IMG/VR virus record: IMGVR_UViG_3300009671_000010
Coordinates: 47,473 to 111,472 of that record
Strand: one strand, 5' to 3'
DNA from: a virus
Taxonomy: Duplodnaviria; Caudoviricetes
Length of the DNA stretch: 64,000 nt
The translations under genes were made by a program, and so were the position numbers. This document shows positions 34,145 to 43,203 of the stretch, in pieces; position 1 is the stretch's first letter; the number at the start of each line of letters is the position of its first letter. Below the pieces are notes generated by a model, which was not told the origin of the DNA, ran no database searches, and saw nothing but the letters and a program-made list of their open reading frames with translations.

Positions 34145-35278
34145 ATGTCTGATTTAGTTGCATATCCAATAATAGAACAATTAGAATATCGACAAAATAT
34201 TGATTCAAAACAATTGAATAGAATGTTTAAATCATTAGAAGAATCAGTACTACGTTGTATACTAAGAAGTTCTGAGTTAAATGAAAAATTTGACTCATTA
34301 AGCCTTGGGGTAAATTCATCATATCAAGCATTATCACAATATATGGTACAGATGGGTTATAAAAATATTACAGATTTATATGCTACGTCATTTGATAATA
34401 TAAATATTATAAGTGGTATTAATCAGAATAAACTTGCTGGAATAATTACACTTGATTGGGATAAGAATAAAAAATATTCAAAAATTCCAAGATATGATGC
34501 TGATAATGATGGTATAAGTGAAACTGTATCCCCAAATGTAACAATACTAGTTGATGGTGTTGAGAGAGAAAAAGAAGATAGTGTATATAATATATTATCA
34601 AAGAAAAAAAATAGTTTTTGGATTGAACAAATTGCTGATAATCAAACAGATATCACTCATACATTAGAAATACAATTACCGCCATCTATTAATAAAAGTT
34701 TAAATTATATTGAAATAGTACCATTTCCAATATTTGGAATACATATAAATAAAGTAGAATATTTTGATATATATTCACAACTACAGACTATATATGATAG
34801 TACTGCTAAGAACTATAAATTTTATAATAGCAGCGGTCCAATGATATTTCACTTTAGTCCAAAGGATTATAATAATACAATTAAAATAACATATTCAGTA
34901 GATAGTTCTTTAGGTGTAATGGGTTTTTCTAATATTGATATATCGTTAATTGATTATATAGATACACCAAATAAAGTAGATTTAATATATGAAAATATTC
35001 CAGAAGGAACAACCTCATTAAATATATCTACGTTCGATTTAGATATATATGTTGATGATGATAATATTAGCAAGTATGTTACTAGTGTCAGACTGGTTGA
35101 TCTTGATGATAGAGATAGTTCATCTCATTATATATTACTTGATAATAAAACAATATCTCAACAGGTTAATGAAACTATATCGCTAACTAATGGTAGGATG
35201 GGTCTAGAAATTACTTTCCAAGAAAACTTTATGACTACTCCAGTTATAAGAGGATCAAAAATTACATATGGAGCTTAA
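34145..35278 (+). CDS. Putative virion protein (paralog family A)
   Basis: ATG at 34145 preceded by GGAG (the ORF track starts at TTG 34133); SKQLNRMFKSL...TSF...AGIITL; ends in TPVIRG. Confidence 0.55.
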   Translation: MSDLVAYPIIEQLEYRQNIDSKQLNRMFKSLEESVLRCILRSSELNEKFDSLSLGVNSSYQALSQYMVQMGYKNITDLYATSFDNINIISGINQNKLAGIITLDWDKNKKYSKIPRYDADNDGISETVSPNVTILVDGVEREKEDSVYNILSKKKNSFWIEQIADNQTDITHTLEIQLPPSINKSLNYIEIVPFPIFGIHINKVEYFDIYSQLQTIYDSTAKNYKFYNSSGPMIFHFSPKDYNNTIKITYSVDSSLGVMGFSNIDISLIDYIDTPNKVDLIYENIPEGTTSLNISTFDLDIYVDDDNISKYVTSVRLVDLDDRDSSSHYILLDNKTISQQVNETISLTNGRMGLEITFQENFMTTPVIRGSKITYGA

Positions 35279-35621
35279 AATGAGTGCAGTTATATTAAAT
35301 AAAATTAATGTTTTAGAAAAGAATGTATCTGATATAAACGTAGCTATTAATAAAATAATAAGTTTATTAAATAGCTACGTCAAAACATCAGACCTAGTTA
35401 AATCAGAAAATAGTTTACTTGATGATATTAAAGATTTAAAAACATCAATATCAAAATTAGAAAATAAACTATCAATGATTGTGTTACCAAATGATACTAA
35501 ATATTATCTTAAACAAGATGAAATTCAAAATTTTAGAAACACAGTTCAACAGATAACAGCAATGATGACATCGATGGAACAGTTATATACTAATGTGGTA
35601 GCATATACAGCAAGTAAATAA
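35268..35621 (+). CDS. Coiled-coil hypothetical protein
   Basis: Heptad-like pattern; last gene of the + strand operon. Confidence 0.55.
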   Translation: MELKMSAVILNKINVLEKNVSDINVAINKIISLLNSYVKTSDLVKSENSLLDDIKDLKTSISKLENKLSMIVLPNDTKYYLKQDEIQNFRNTVQQITAMMTSMEQLYTNVVAYTASK

Positions 35622-35644
35622 AGGTAGTTACTCTACCTTTATTT
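35616..35644. terminator. Probable bidirectional terminator at the convergent junction
   Basis: Perfect 12-bp inverted repeat AAATAAAGGTAG-ttact-CTACCTTTATTT overlapping both convergent stop codons. Confidence 0.65.
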
Positions 35645-36053
35645 TTATGTTGCTCTTCTTCTCTTCTACTTTTTTCTTGATTGAAACAATTAAAATTCCA
35701 TCTTCCATTTTTGCAGAAGTTTTTGTAAAGTCGAAACGATCTTTATTCAATCTTATACATCTATGAATTTTTCTTTCATATTTGTCTACTCCTTCGATAT
35801 TCAACATATTATCTTCATAGAAAATATTAACATTTTCCTTTTTAACTCCAGGAACTGCAAATTCAAAAATTATCTCTTTTTCATTTGAACTGGTTGCATA
35901 TTTTTCATCATCATTTAATGATGGTTTAATTTTATTGAATGTTTCTTTAACATTAGGTAAATTGTAGAGTTCATTGAAACCTCTTTGTAATGATACAAAG
36001 AAGTCTTCATCAGACAGTGAGTTTAGTAATTGATTAAATAAATTTTTAGACAT
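35628..36053 (-). CDS. hsp20: Small heat-shock protein, Hsp20/alpha-crystallin family
   Basis: FAVPGVKKENVNI...L.IEG...SAKMEDGILIVSI...I.VE; strong SD AAGGAGG. Confidence 0.9.
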   Translation of the reverse strand: MSKNLFNQLLNSLSDEDFFVSLQRGFNELYNLPNVKETFNKIKPSLNDDEKYATSSNEKEIIFEFAVPGVKKENVNIFYEDNMLNIEGVDKYERKIHRCIRLNKDRFDFTKTSAKMEDGILIVSIKKKVEEKKSNIKIKVE

Positions 36054-36080
36054 AAAGTCCTCCTTTTTGTTATGATAGTT

Positions 36081-36102
36081 TAACCTATACCATTATAGGT
36101 TA
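36081..36102 (-). promoter_or_regulatory. Hairpin in the hsp20 5' UTR
   Basis: TAACCTATA-N4-TATAGGTTA, a perfect 9-bp stem. Confidence 0.55.
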
Positions 36103-36114
36103 TATAATGTTATA

Positions 36115-36130
36115 TGCAACTACTATGCCA
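36115..36130 (-). promoter_or_regulatory. sigma54 (RpoN) -24/-12 promoter for hsp20
   Basis: Minus strand TGGCA-tagtag-TTGCA matches TGGCA-N6-TTGCA with exact GG/GC spacing. Confidence 0.75.
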
Positions 36131-36136
36131 ATTTTG

Positions 36137-36149
36137 TAAGTTGTTGATT
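36137..36149 (-). promoter_or_regulatory. IHF-type binding site
   Basis: Minus strand AATCAA-caac-TTA matches WATCAANNNNTTR, immediately upstream of the sigma54 element, with an A-rich tract further upstream. Confidence 0.55.
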
Positions 36150-36168
36150 TTATTGAGTTTAATTTTTA

Positions 36169-36441
36169 TTACTGTATTTTTGTAATATAAATTGTTTTAT
36201 TTTGAAGCATGTTAATAAACACTATGATAAGTTTACCTAATATTTCATCATATTTATCTGGTATTATTAATAGTGTTTTGTCTAAGCGGTCTAATTGCAT
36301 ACCTTTAAGTGCAGAATCTACAATCATTAGATCTATTTTATCTAAATTAAAATTAGAAAGAATACGAAAAACATTATCTGAACTGATAAATATTTGCGCA
36401 ATCTTTCTAATTAATTTTTTTAGTTCATATATATAGATCAT
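36169..36441 (-). CDS. Hypothetical protein
   Basis: ATGA overlap with the upstream gene puts the start at 36441. Confidence 0.55.
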   Translation of the reverse strand: MIYIYELKKLIRKIAQIFISSDNVFRILSNFNLDKIDLMIVDSALKGMQLDRLDKTLLIIPDKYDEILGKLIIVFINMLQNKTIYITKIQ

Positions 36442-36638
36442 TCTTTTTTGTTGAATATACATTGTTTTATATCCACGACAATTCCATATTTTGCAATTGA
36501 AGCAAATGTAAGTAATGGTGAACATATTATTGAATTAATACATTCAGCACATTTAGTTGGAATGAATTCATCAACATATTCAATTTCATCATTTGTTTTT
36601 GTTACAAGGCTATCTAATATACTTTTTTTGGATGTCAT
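36438..36638 (-). CDS. Small Cys-containing hypothetical protein
   Basis: CAEC...C...C; operonic spacing. Confidence 0.55.
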   Translation of the reverse strand: MTSKKSILDSLVTKTNDEIEYVDEFIPTKCAECINSIICSPLLTFASIAKYGIVVDIKQCIFNKKE

Positions 36639-36652
36639 GGTTATATTTTCTA

Positions 36653-37177
36653 TTAATCTTTAATGATCTTCCATTCGATCATTTCATCCCTAGTTAACCA
36701 AGCATTTTTAGCTATAAGTGTTTTAACTTTATTGGGTGATATTTTTAAACGTTTTGACACATAATCAATATATGTAGTATATAAAATAGTATTACTTGCT
36801 TCTTCTTTTTTAAATTCACTATATGTTTGGCCATCAGTAAAAGTAATATGCTCATGTATAAACATTCTTCCATTAGGTAATACAATTCGAGTATCACCTA
36901 ATAAGAATAAAAAGAATCCAGCACTTGAAGCTTCACCAAGTACTACTGTTGTTATTTTAAATTTATAAGTTGCTTTTAATAATTCAATACTATCTATCAT
37001 TGAAAAACAATCACTAAGAAGTCCGCCACAAGTACTAATATATATTACTAGTTCATTGTATTTTTCATCTTTCCAATCTGTATTAAATAGATCTGTTACT
37101 ATTTCTTTATTTATTTCATGATTAATTTCACCAATTATAAATATTTGTTTAATAATAGCTTTCTTATTTGTACTCAT
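36653..37177 (-). CDS. clpP: ClpP-family protease
   Basis: IYISTCGG, GEASSAG (Ser nucleophile), R....RMFIH (His). The expected catalytic Asp position reads Asn (KNAWL). Confidence 0.85.
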   Translation of the reverse strand: MSTNKKAIIKQIFIIGEINHEINKEIVTDLFNTDWKDEKYNELVIYISTCGGLLSDCFSMIDSIELLKATYKFKITTVVLGEASSAGFFLFLLGDTRIVLPNGRMFIHEHITFTDGQTYSEFKKEEASNTILYTTYIDYVSKRLKISPNKVKTLIAKNAWLTRDEMIEWKIIKD

Positions 37178-37452
37178 GATTGTTCCTTTGAATGTTTATT
37201 TTTGAACTTAGCAATGGACATATTAATATAACAATTACATTTAGAACAAATATCTTTGTCTATACCTCTAGGCCAATCAGTTCTATCCATTAAACTTGAA
37301 CATGTTATAGATGATATATTAGAATTTAAAATAGGACATTTAATTTTTCCTTTAAGTTCTAACTTTATCTTTTTATCATCTTTTCTAACGTACCATTCAT
37401 TGTAGTGGATTTCTAGTTTTTTATTATAAATTGAAGCTATGAGTTTATTCAT
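37174..37452 (-). CDS. Cys-rich hypothetical protein
   Basis: CP...C...CSKCNC; ATGA overlap. Confidence 0.55.
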   Translation of the reverse strand: MNKLIASIYNKKLEIHYNEWYVRKDDKKIKLELKGKIKCPILNSNISSITCSSLMDRTDWPRGIDKDICSKCNCYINMSIAKFKNKHSKEQS

Positions 37453-37473
37453 TTTTATATCTTTCGATAAGGT

Positions 37474-38625
37474 TTATTTGTTTTGTTTGTTTATTATATT
37501 TAAATAATCACTGAATGCTTTTTTCCAACTAAAATTAGTGGATATGTATTCACTGATTGATTCATCTCTATTAGTATAAATATCTTTGTTATAAGTATTA
37601 TTTAACATTAACGGTAATTCGTTTATATCAATGTTTTCCCATTCACCCTGATCACCATTAAACCAAATTCCATCATTTGCTATTTCTTTTTCATTAAAAT
37701 CTAATAATAAGTTTTTTTGGATCTCTGGTATATCTTTCAAATACTCTCTATGACCTAAAGTATTAGAAGCTATACATGGTATCCCACAAGATAGTTGTTC
37801 TATTAAAGGCAAGTTCCACGCTTCACCGTGGCTTAATTGAATACCTACATTAGCTGAATGATATAACATTGGCATTTCATTTATCTGTAGGTTAGGTGCT
37901 GTAAAATAAATATCACATTTATCTTTAGTAAACAAGTGTGCTTTTCCAGTATATCCTTTATATTCAAAACCATATTTTATAGGATTGATATCTGTCCAAC
38001 ACATTAGATTGACAAGAGGATTATCTTTAAATTTATTTACAAATGGATTAAAGGTATGTGCTATTAATGCAACGTCTTTATCCATCATTGTTAATATAAA
38101 GTTTGATATAATTTCATTTGTATATTTTCTTTTTTCTTTCTTTCCAACAGTTATATAGGTAAATTTTCCAGTATCAATCCACTTACTAGTCGGAATAGTA
38201 TTATATATCGTATCATCTACTCCTTCATGTAATACTTCAATTGGCTTTGTAATTCCATTATTTATTAATATATTTTTATGATCTTCACTTGTAGTTAAAA
38301 CTATATTAGTAGGTCCATTATTTAACATATTTATAGACATCTGTTTTAATTTATATGTTTCAAATATTGAAAATGTTGTTAATGGATTACCGCAAGCCTG
38401 ATAACTGTGGTTATCATGAAATATATATAATGATGGATTCTTAGCATTAAAATTTATTAAATTATCACTTCCTTTTTTCCAATAAGATTCAAAATATGGA
38501 TCTAATTGTGGTTGAGATATATTAACTATAGATATGTCTTCACCTGCATCAATGGCTGCTTTTACCATATTTAGTGAATGAATTCCATATCCAAGATTAC
38601 TTCCTGTTCCAAATATATTAATCAT
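37474..38625 (-). CDS. Glycosyltransferase, GT-B fold (GT4-like)
   Basis: GYG, HEGVD, VGK.EKRK, and EAWNLPLIE (Ex7E) followed by GIPCIASN. Confidence 0.9.
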   Translation of the reverse strand: MINIFGTGSNLGYGIHSLNMVKAAIDAGEDISIVNISQPQLDPYFESYWKKGSDNLINFNAKNPSLYIFHDNHSYQACGNPLTTFSIFETYKLKQMSINMLNNGPTNIVLTTSEDHKNILINNGITKPIEVLHEGVDDTIYNTIPTSKWIDTGKFTYITVGKKEKRKYTNEIISNFILTMMDKDVALIAHTFNPFVNKFKDNPLVNLMCWTDINPIKYGFEYKGYTGKAHLFTKDKCDIYFTAPNLQINEMPMLYHSANVGIQLSHGEAWNLPLIEQLSCGIPCIASNTLGHREYLKDIPEIQKNLLLDFNEKEIANDGIWFNGDQGEWENIDINELPLMLNNTYNKDIYTNRDESISEYISTNFSWKKAFSDYLNIINKQNK

Positions 38626-38644
38626 TGTGTATCTTTCTATTTAA

Positions 38645-39178
38645 TTATATACAATATGCAATTAGGATATCATTTACAGCATAACCATCTTCATAGCATA
38701 ATTTATAATTAGAATTTATCTGTAGTAGCTTACTGGTAATAGTATTTAGTGTTATGTCTTTTCCCCAATGTTTACCTATTATCCTCATATCATCTATCAT
38801 TATAGTATGATTTTTAATATTACTACTAGCTATTGCATCTAGTTCTTCATATAAAGGACAAGTTTTAATACCACATATACCATCATCTACATGTGCATCA
38901 AGCCAAAATGTAGTCGGTTTATCTAATAAAGGAATTAACTTTTTTAATTCAATTAATGAATCACCTGTAATTAAACATAATTGTTTTGATATAATATATT
39001 TATTATATTTTATTATATTATCTTCTTGTCTTAAAGGATCAATTTCGATACTAAATACTTTCTCAAATCCTTCATCTAGTGCTAAATGTACACAATCTCC
39101 ATTTGCAGTACCAGTTTCTAAAAAATACGGATTTTTATATTTAGATAATACTTTATGTGTTAATGTTGTTTGTATCAT
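38645..39178 (-). CDS. Class I SAM-dependent methyltransferase-like protein
   Basis: FLETGT..G, SIE, GDS, FWLDAH and IMIDD motifs. Confidence 0.7.
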   Translation of the reverse strand: MIQTTLTHKVLSKYKNPYFLETGTANGDCVHLALDEGFEKVFSIEIDPLRQEDNIIKYNKYIISKQLCLITGDSLIELKKLIPLLDKPTTFWLDAHVDDGICGIKTCPLYEELDAIASSNIKNHTIMIDDMRIIGKHWGKDITLNTITSKLLQINSNYKLCYEDGYAVNDILIAYCI

Positions 39179-40001
39179 ATATATCTATGTTTCTATAAAT
39201 AAGTGAAAAATGTAAAAATGAACTATTTGATGTAATTAATGGAGTAGATCTTGATAAAATTAACATATCTATAAATCCTTCAATTATTGATTGTTTAGAT
39301 CTGAAAACATTAAATGGCATACACCTACCTTCATTATCAGTATACATTGAATTCCATGAACCATCTATTGCTTTTTGAACATAAGATGTTTTACTATATA
39401 CATATACATTATTCATTTTATTAAAATAATCTTCTGTTTCTTTATCATCTGAACAAACAAAATATCTTTTATCTGATGATATAAAATTTGATAGTTGATT
39501 ATTTGGTATACCCACATTAGCATCAGTTCTTCGTATATGAATACCAATTGTATCAGAATTTATATTATTATATAAACAAAAATTTTTAACTTCATTAAGA
39601 ATATAGTTATTAATTTTTATTGAATCCAGTACTTTAATTGATTCATATATAGGTATAAATTTTGGAATTGAATTGTTATAATATATAATGTTAGTTTGAG
39701 TATTTTTTAACATTATAATATTTTCTTCAATAATAGGTATCATCTTTAGATCTAAATTAGTTTGATTTTCATGTATTAAAAATATATTATCTTTATTTTT
39801 AAGAAATAAATCATTTATATTATCAGTTATAACATTATATTTTATATTAAATAAATCTTCATAATTACAATTACACCAACTATTACACGGCCAACATATT
39901 ACTGGATTTAAATTTAATTTACTAGCTATTACTAATCCCCCAACAAGTGAACCCAGTCTATTTCCTAAACCACCATCACATAATATAATAATATCAGACA
40001 T
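39153..40001 (-). CDS. Fucosyltransferase-like glycosyltransferase (GT11/GT23/O-FucT-type motifs)
   Basis: GGLGNRL, GIHIRRTD, FVCSDD, DMLILS and SSF motifs. Confidence 0.8.
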   Translation of the reverse strand: MSDIIILCDGGLGNRLGSLVGGLVIASKLNLNPVICWPCNSWCNCNYEDLFNIKYNVITDNINDLFLKNKDNIFLIHENQTNLDLKMIPIIEENIIMLKNTQTNIIYYNNSIPKFIPIYESIKVLDSIKINNYILNEVKNFCLYNNINSDTIGIHIRRTDANVGIPNNQLSNFISSDKRYFVCSDDKETEDYFNKMNNVYVYSKTSYVQKAIDGSWNSMYTDNEGRCMPFNVFRSKQSIIEGFIDMLILSRSTPLITSNSSFLHFSLIYRNIDIYDTNNINT

Positions 40002-40602
40002 TATTTCTCCTAAATACTACATTACCAGCTCCATTATTTTCATCAAATGTATCTACAATAGTAAAATTTTTGGATATCATATATTCATTTAATTCATGTA
40101 AACCTTGATTGCCTTCATATAATTCAACATTAATATATTCTGCAATGACTAGGTCCATGTTATTAATATAATTATCAAATTCTTTAATAACATTAAGATC
40201 ATATCCTTGTGTATCTATTACTAGAACGTTATAGTTCGAATAATTATATTGAGGATTATTTTTCATAAAAGTTGTAAATCTATTAACTGTAACATGTGTT
40301 TTATCATTAAATAAAATATCAGGATAAATATTTATATGTTTTTTGGGCCTCAGTAGTGAAGATGATTCATCCATATTAGATGACTTATATATTTTTTTTA
40401 TTCCGTCTTCATTTCCTAAAGCTATATTAAAAATATCAATATCGTTAAATTTATTTTTAAATAAAAAGCTGGCTGTTAGTGAAGGTTCAAATGCTAATAT
40501 ATTATTTGTATAAGTTTTAAATAATGAAATTTCCTGACCTATATTTGCACCTACTTGAATTATTCCTTTTATATCTATTGTATCTAAGTATTTTTTAAAC
40601 AT
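39994..40602 (-). CDS. FkbM-family methyltransferase
   Basis: VGANIG, AFEP, ALG, SSSLL, IDTQGYDL.V and LYEG motifs. Confidence 0.88.
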   Translation of the reverse strand: MFKKYLDTIDIKGIIQVGANIGQEISLFKTYTNNILAFEPSLTASFLFKNKFNDIDIFNIALGNEDGIKKIYKSSNMDESSSLLRPKKHINIYPDILFNDKTHVTVNRFTTFMKNNPQYNYSNYNVLVIDTQGYDLNVIKEFDNYINNMDLVIAEYINVELYEGNQGLHELNEYMISKNFTIVDTFDENNGAGNVVFRRNNV

Positions 40603-41930
40603 TAAAATCCTCTCTTTATTCCTTTTTCATATGGTATATTAAACTTATTAAAATAATAATCTATTGGAGCTTTATATTCTTTGTTTTTTAATTCTTGTTT
40701 TAACCATAAAAATTCTTGTACAACTTCTCTATCAAGGAATGGATATCTCATTTCTATACCAAAACTTCCACCGACATATTCTTCCTTTGCAATATATGAT
40801 TCCATTGTACTTTCATAAAAACTTGGCCAGGGAAATATAGATTTTAAATCTTCTGGAAAATATCCACCGAAAGTACTGTGATTATATATTTTAACATTAT
40901 TAAATCCATAATCTGAAATAATTTCATCTGCTCCTGTACCAGATAGACATATGACACATTTATCTTGTATAGCCATTTTACAGATAGTAGCAAAATTATT
41001 AGAACCATAATCATTAATAAGCAGAGTGTTAAATTCATTATAATTACTTGAACCAGATCTTATTGTATATAAAAATGGTTCAGTTGTTTTTTTAATCCAA
41101 TTGTGTGAATTAATATATAAATCATCATTTTTTGATTGTATTTTACTTTTTATATTATCTGAATTGGATAAAATTCTTTGATTAATAATATAATCATTTT
41201 CTGAACCAATCAAAGTATATGTAAAACATTTTGTATTTGTTTTTATTAATTCAGAATGTATTAATCCACTATCATACCCACTACTTAAACCAATAAATAT
41301 ATTTTTATTAGTATTTGAAACTCTTTTTATTATTGATTTTCTGAATGAATTAATCCAATCGTCATAATTATCTTTAAATTGTTTTAGATCAAAATCGTAA
41401 ATATTATATGAATTATAAAATCCATTATCTAAATTAAAAACATAATATGTGTTTGGTTTAGCTTTAAATATTTGTTTATAATCTAATAATTGTAGTGGTT
41501 GTTTATATGTTGAACATGATATATTATTGTTATCTATTCCTATAAATAATGGTTTTGTTTTAAATGTATCAGTACTTATTAATACTATTTTTTTTCTATA
41601 ATCTACTAAGCATATGGCAAATTCACCATCTAATTTTTTAATAAAATTTGTACCAAATTCTTTATATAGCGGAATTATACATTCACCGTCTGTATTATAA
41701 TTTCCAAAATCTCTATAGTTATAAATCTCACCATTATATATTAATGCTATGTCATCATCATAAAAAGGTTGTGTTTTAAATTCACCAGTAATCGATAATA
41801 AATTATGTATATATAAATGTTCATTTATTTCAACCATGGATGTATAATCTGGTCCTCTAAACTTTAAGTAATAATTAAGTTCATTATAATTTTTATAATT
41901 ATTTTTTGTTGAAAATAAAATACTACACAT
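40602..41930 (-). CDS. asnB: Asparagine synthetase B-like glutamine amidotransferase
   Basis: Start MCSI (Ntn Cys2; SD AGGAG) at 41930; RGPD, NGEIYN, LDGEFA, LSSGYDS, SGTGADE and RYPFLD motifs. Confidence 0.88.
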   Translation of the reverse strand: MCSILFSTKNNYKNYNELNYYLKFRGPDYTSMVEINEHLYIHNLLSITGEFKTQPFYDDDIALIYNGEIYNYRDFGNYNTDGECIIPLYKEFGTNFIKKLDGEFAICLVDYRKKIVLISTDTFKTKPLFIGIDNNNISCSTYKQPLQLLDYKQIFKAKPNTYYVFNLDNGFYNSYNIYDFDLKQFKDNYDDWINSFRKSIIKRVSNTNKNIFIGLSSGYDSGLIHSELIKTNTKCFTYTLIGSENDYIINQRILSNSDNIKSKIQSKNDDLYINSHNWIKKTTEPFLYTIRSGSSNYNEFNTLLINDYGSNNFATICKMAIQDKCVICLSGTGADEIISDYGFNNVKIYNHSTFGGYFPEDLKSIFPWPSFYESTMESYIAKEEYVGGSFGIEMRYPFLDREVVQEFLWLKQELKNKEYKAPIDYYFNKFNIPYEKGIKRGF

Positions 41931-41938
41931 TATATCTC

Positions 41939-42526
41939 CTAGCTTCCATGTGGTCTCCATCTAAAAATTTCTTCTTTAACTTTTTGTTCCAAAAGAATAA
42001 AATTATTATAATTAGTTTTCCACATAGAATATAATAATGATGGTTGATCACGTTTCATACCTTGTTGATATTCATTATACCAAATATCTTGACAATATTG
42101 AAGATCCAAGTCATGTGTTTTTCTTATTAGAACATTATTTTCCATTAATTGAATTTTATCATCAAATCCTTCTTTTTTCCATTTATCATATCGATTAAGT
42201 ACATCATGTGATAATAATCCTCTCTTAATACATTCTTCTATTTCTTCTTTAGCAGTTGTTCTATCAGGATGTTTAAAAAATATAGCAGATTTATTACTAT
42301 TTGATAACATATTACATAATGATATAAGTTTATCTGGATATAATAATGTCATATTAGCATCACAATATACTGTAATTATAGAATGAAATAGGTATTGTGG
42401 ATTCATTTTATAAAATCTATCTGATTTATTTCCAGTAATTAATATACTGGAAATATCATCATTAAGATTATGATTACTAATTCTTTTTTCATAATTATTA
42501 GTATTTACAGAATATAATAAAATCAT
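41939..42526 (-). CDS. DUF616-like (TOD1/MUCI70) glycosyltransferase
   Basis: RFYKM.P, VYCDAN, FKHPDR and RDQPSL motifs; start likely MILLY at 42526. Confidence 0.75.
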   Translation of the reverse strand: MILLYSVNTNNYEKRISNHNLNDDISSILITGNKSDRFYKMNPQYLFHSIITVYCDANMTLLYPDKLISLCNMLSNSNKSAIFFKHPDRTTAKEEIEECIKRGLLSHDVLNRYDKWKKEGFDDKIQLMENNVLIRKTHDLDLQYCQDIWYNEYQQGMKRDQPSLLYSMWKTNYNNFILLEQKVKEEIFRWRPHGS

Positions 42527-42528
42527 TA

Positions 42529-43203
42529 TTATTTCTTCCAATCCACTAATGGACAGATCCAAGGATCATGACAGTGAGTTGCATATCCAGGTATAGGTAC
42601 TATCAAATCACGAAATTGTAACAATTCCCGCCACATATTGTAATCATCAGGCGTAGTATTTTTTACATAGTTTCTCATTATATTACCTGTATTTTTAATA
42701 TCAGATATACGTGCAGCAAAAGTCATAGTAGTACTGTTGGTTGTTTTCCAATGAGTAGAATTAGTAAGATAAACTTTGGATGTTTCAGCTCCTATACTTC
42801 TTACAATTGGATTAGGACTATCTAAAAGATATTTATCAGGATGATCATATAGTGTAACAAATGTTGCAATTTCTAATCCTTCTAATATAATGTCTTTTGA
42901 TTTCGGTTTATGTAGATAATCATCTTCTACAAAATAAACTATGTCGTCATCTTTATATGAATTTGCAATTTCAAGTGCTTTAATAAAGCTACCTGAATTT
43001 CCAGCATTAGTTTCCACTATAGTAAATTTATTTGACTTAGTAAAATCATTAACTACTACTTTACTTGTATTATCAAATATTATTGTGAATCCTTCCCCAA
43101 ATACATCTATAAAATTATATAGACAATCAAATTTTGTAATATTATCATAGTGCGTTAATATTCTATTATCACAGAATCTGTATATTATTTTGAAATCACT
43201 TAT
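42529..43203 (-). CDS. GT-A-type glycosyltransferase-like protein with a probable non-canonical ATA start
   Basis: YFVEDDYLH, LYDHPDKY, STTMTF and PG.ATH motifs. The frame stays open upstream of the GTG at 43017 (SDFKIIYRFCD...CLYNF...IIFDN) up to and past an ATA at 43203. Confidence 0.7.
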   Translation of the reverse strand: MSDFKIIYRFCDNRILTHYDNITKFDCLYNFIDVFGEGFTIIFDNTSKVVVNDFTKSNKFTIVETNAGNSGSFIKALEIANSYKDDDIVYFVEDDYLHKPKSKDIILEGLEIATFVTLYDHPDKYLLDSPNPIVRSIGAETSKVYLTNSTHWKTTNSTTMTFAARISDIKNTGNIMRNYVKNTTPDDYNMWRELLQFRDLIVPIPGYATHCHDPWICPLVDWKK

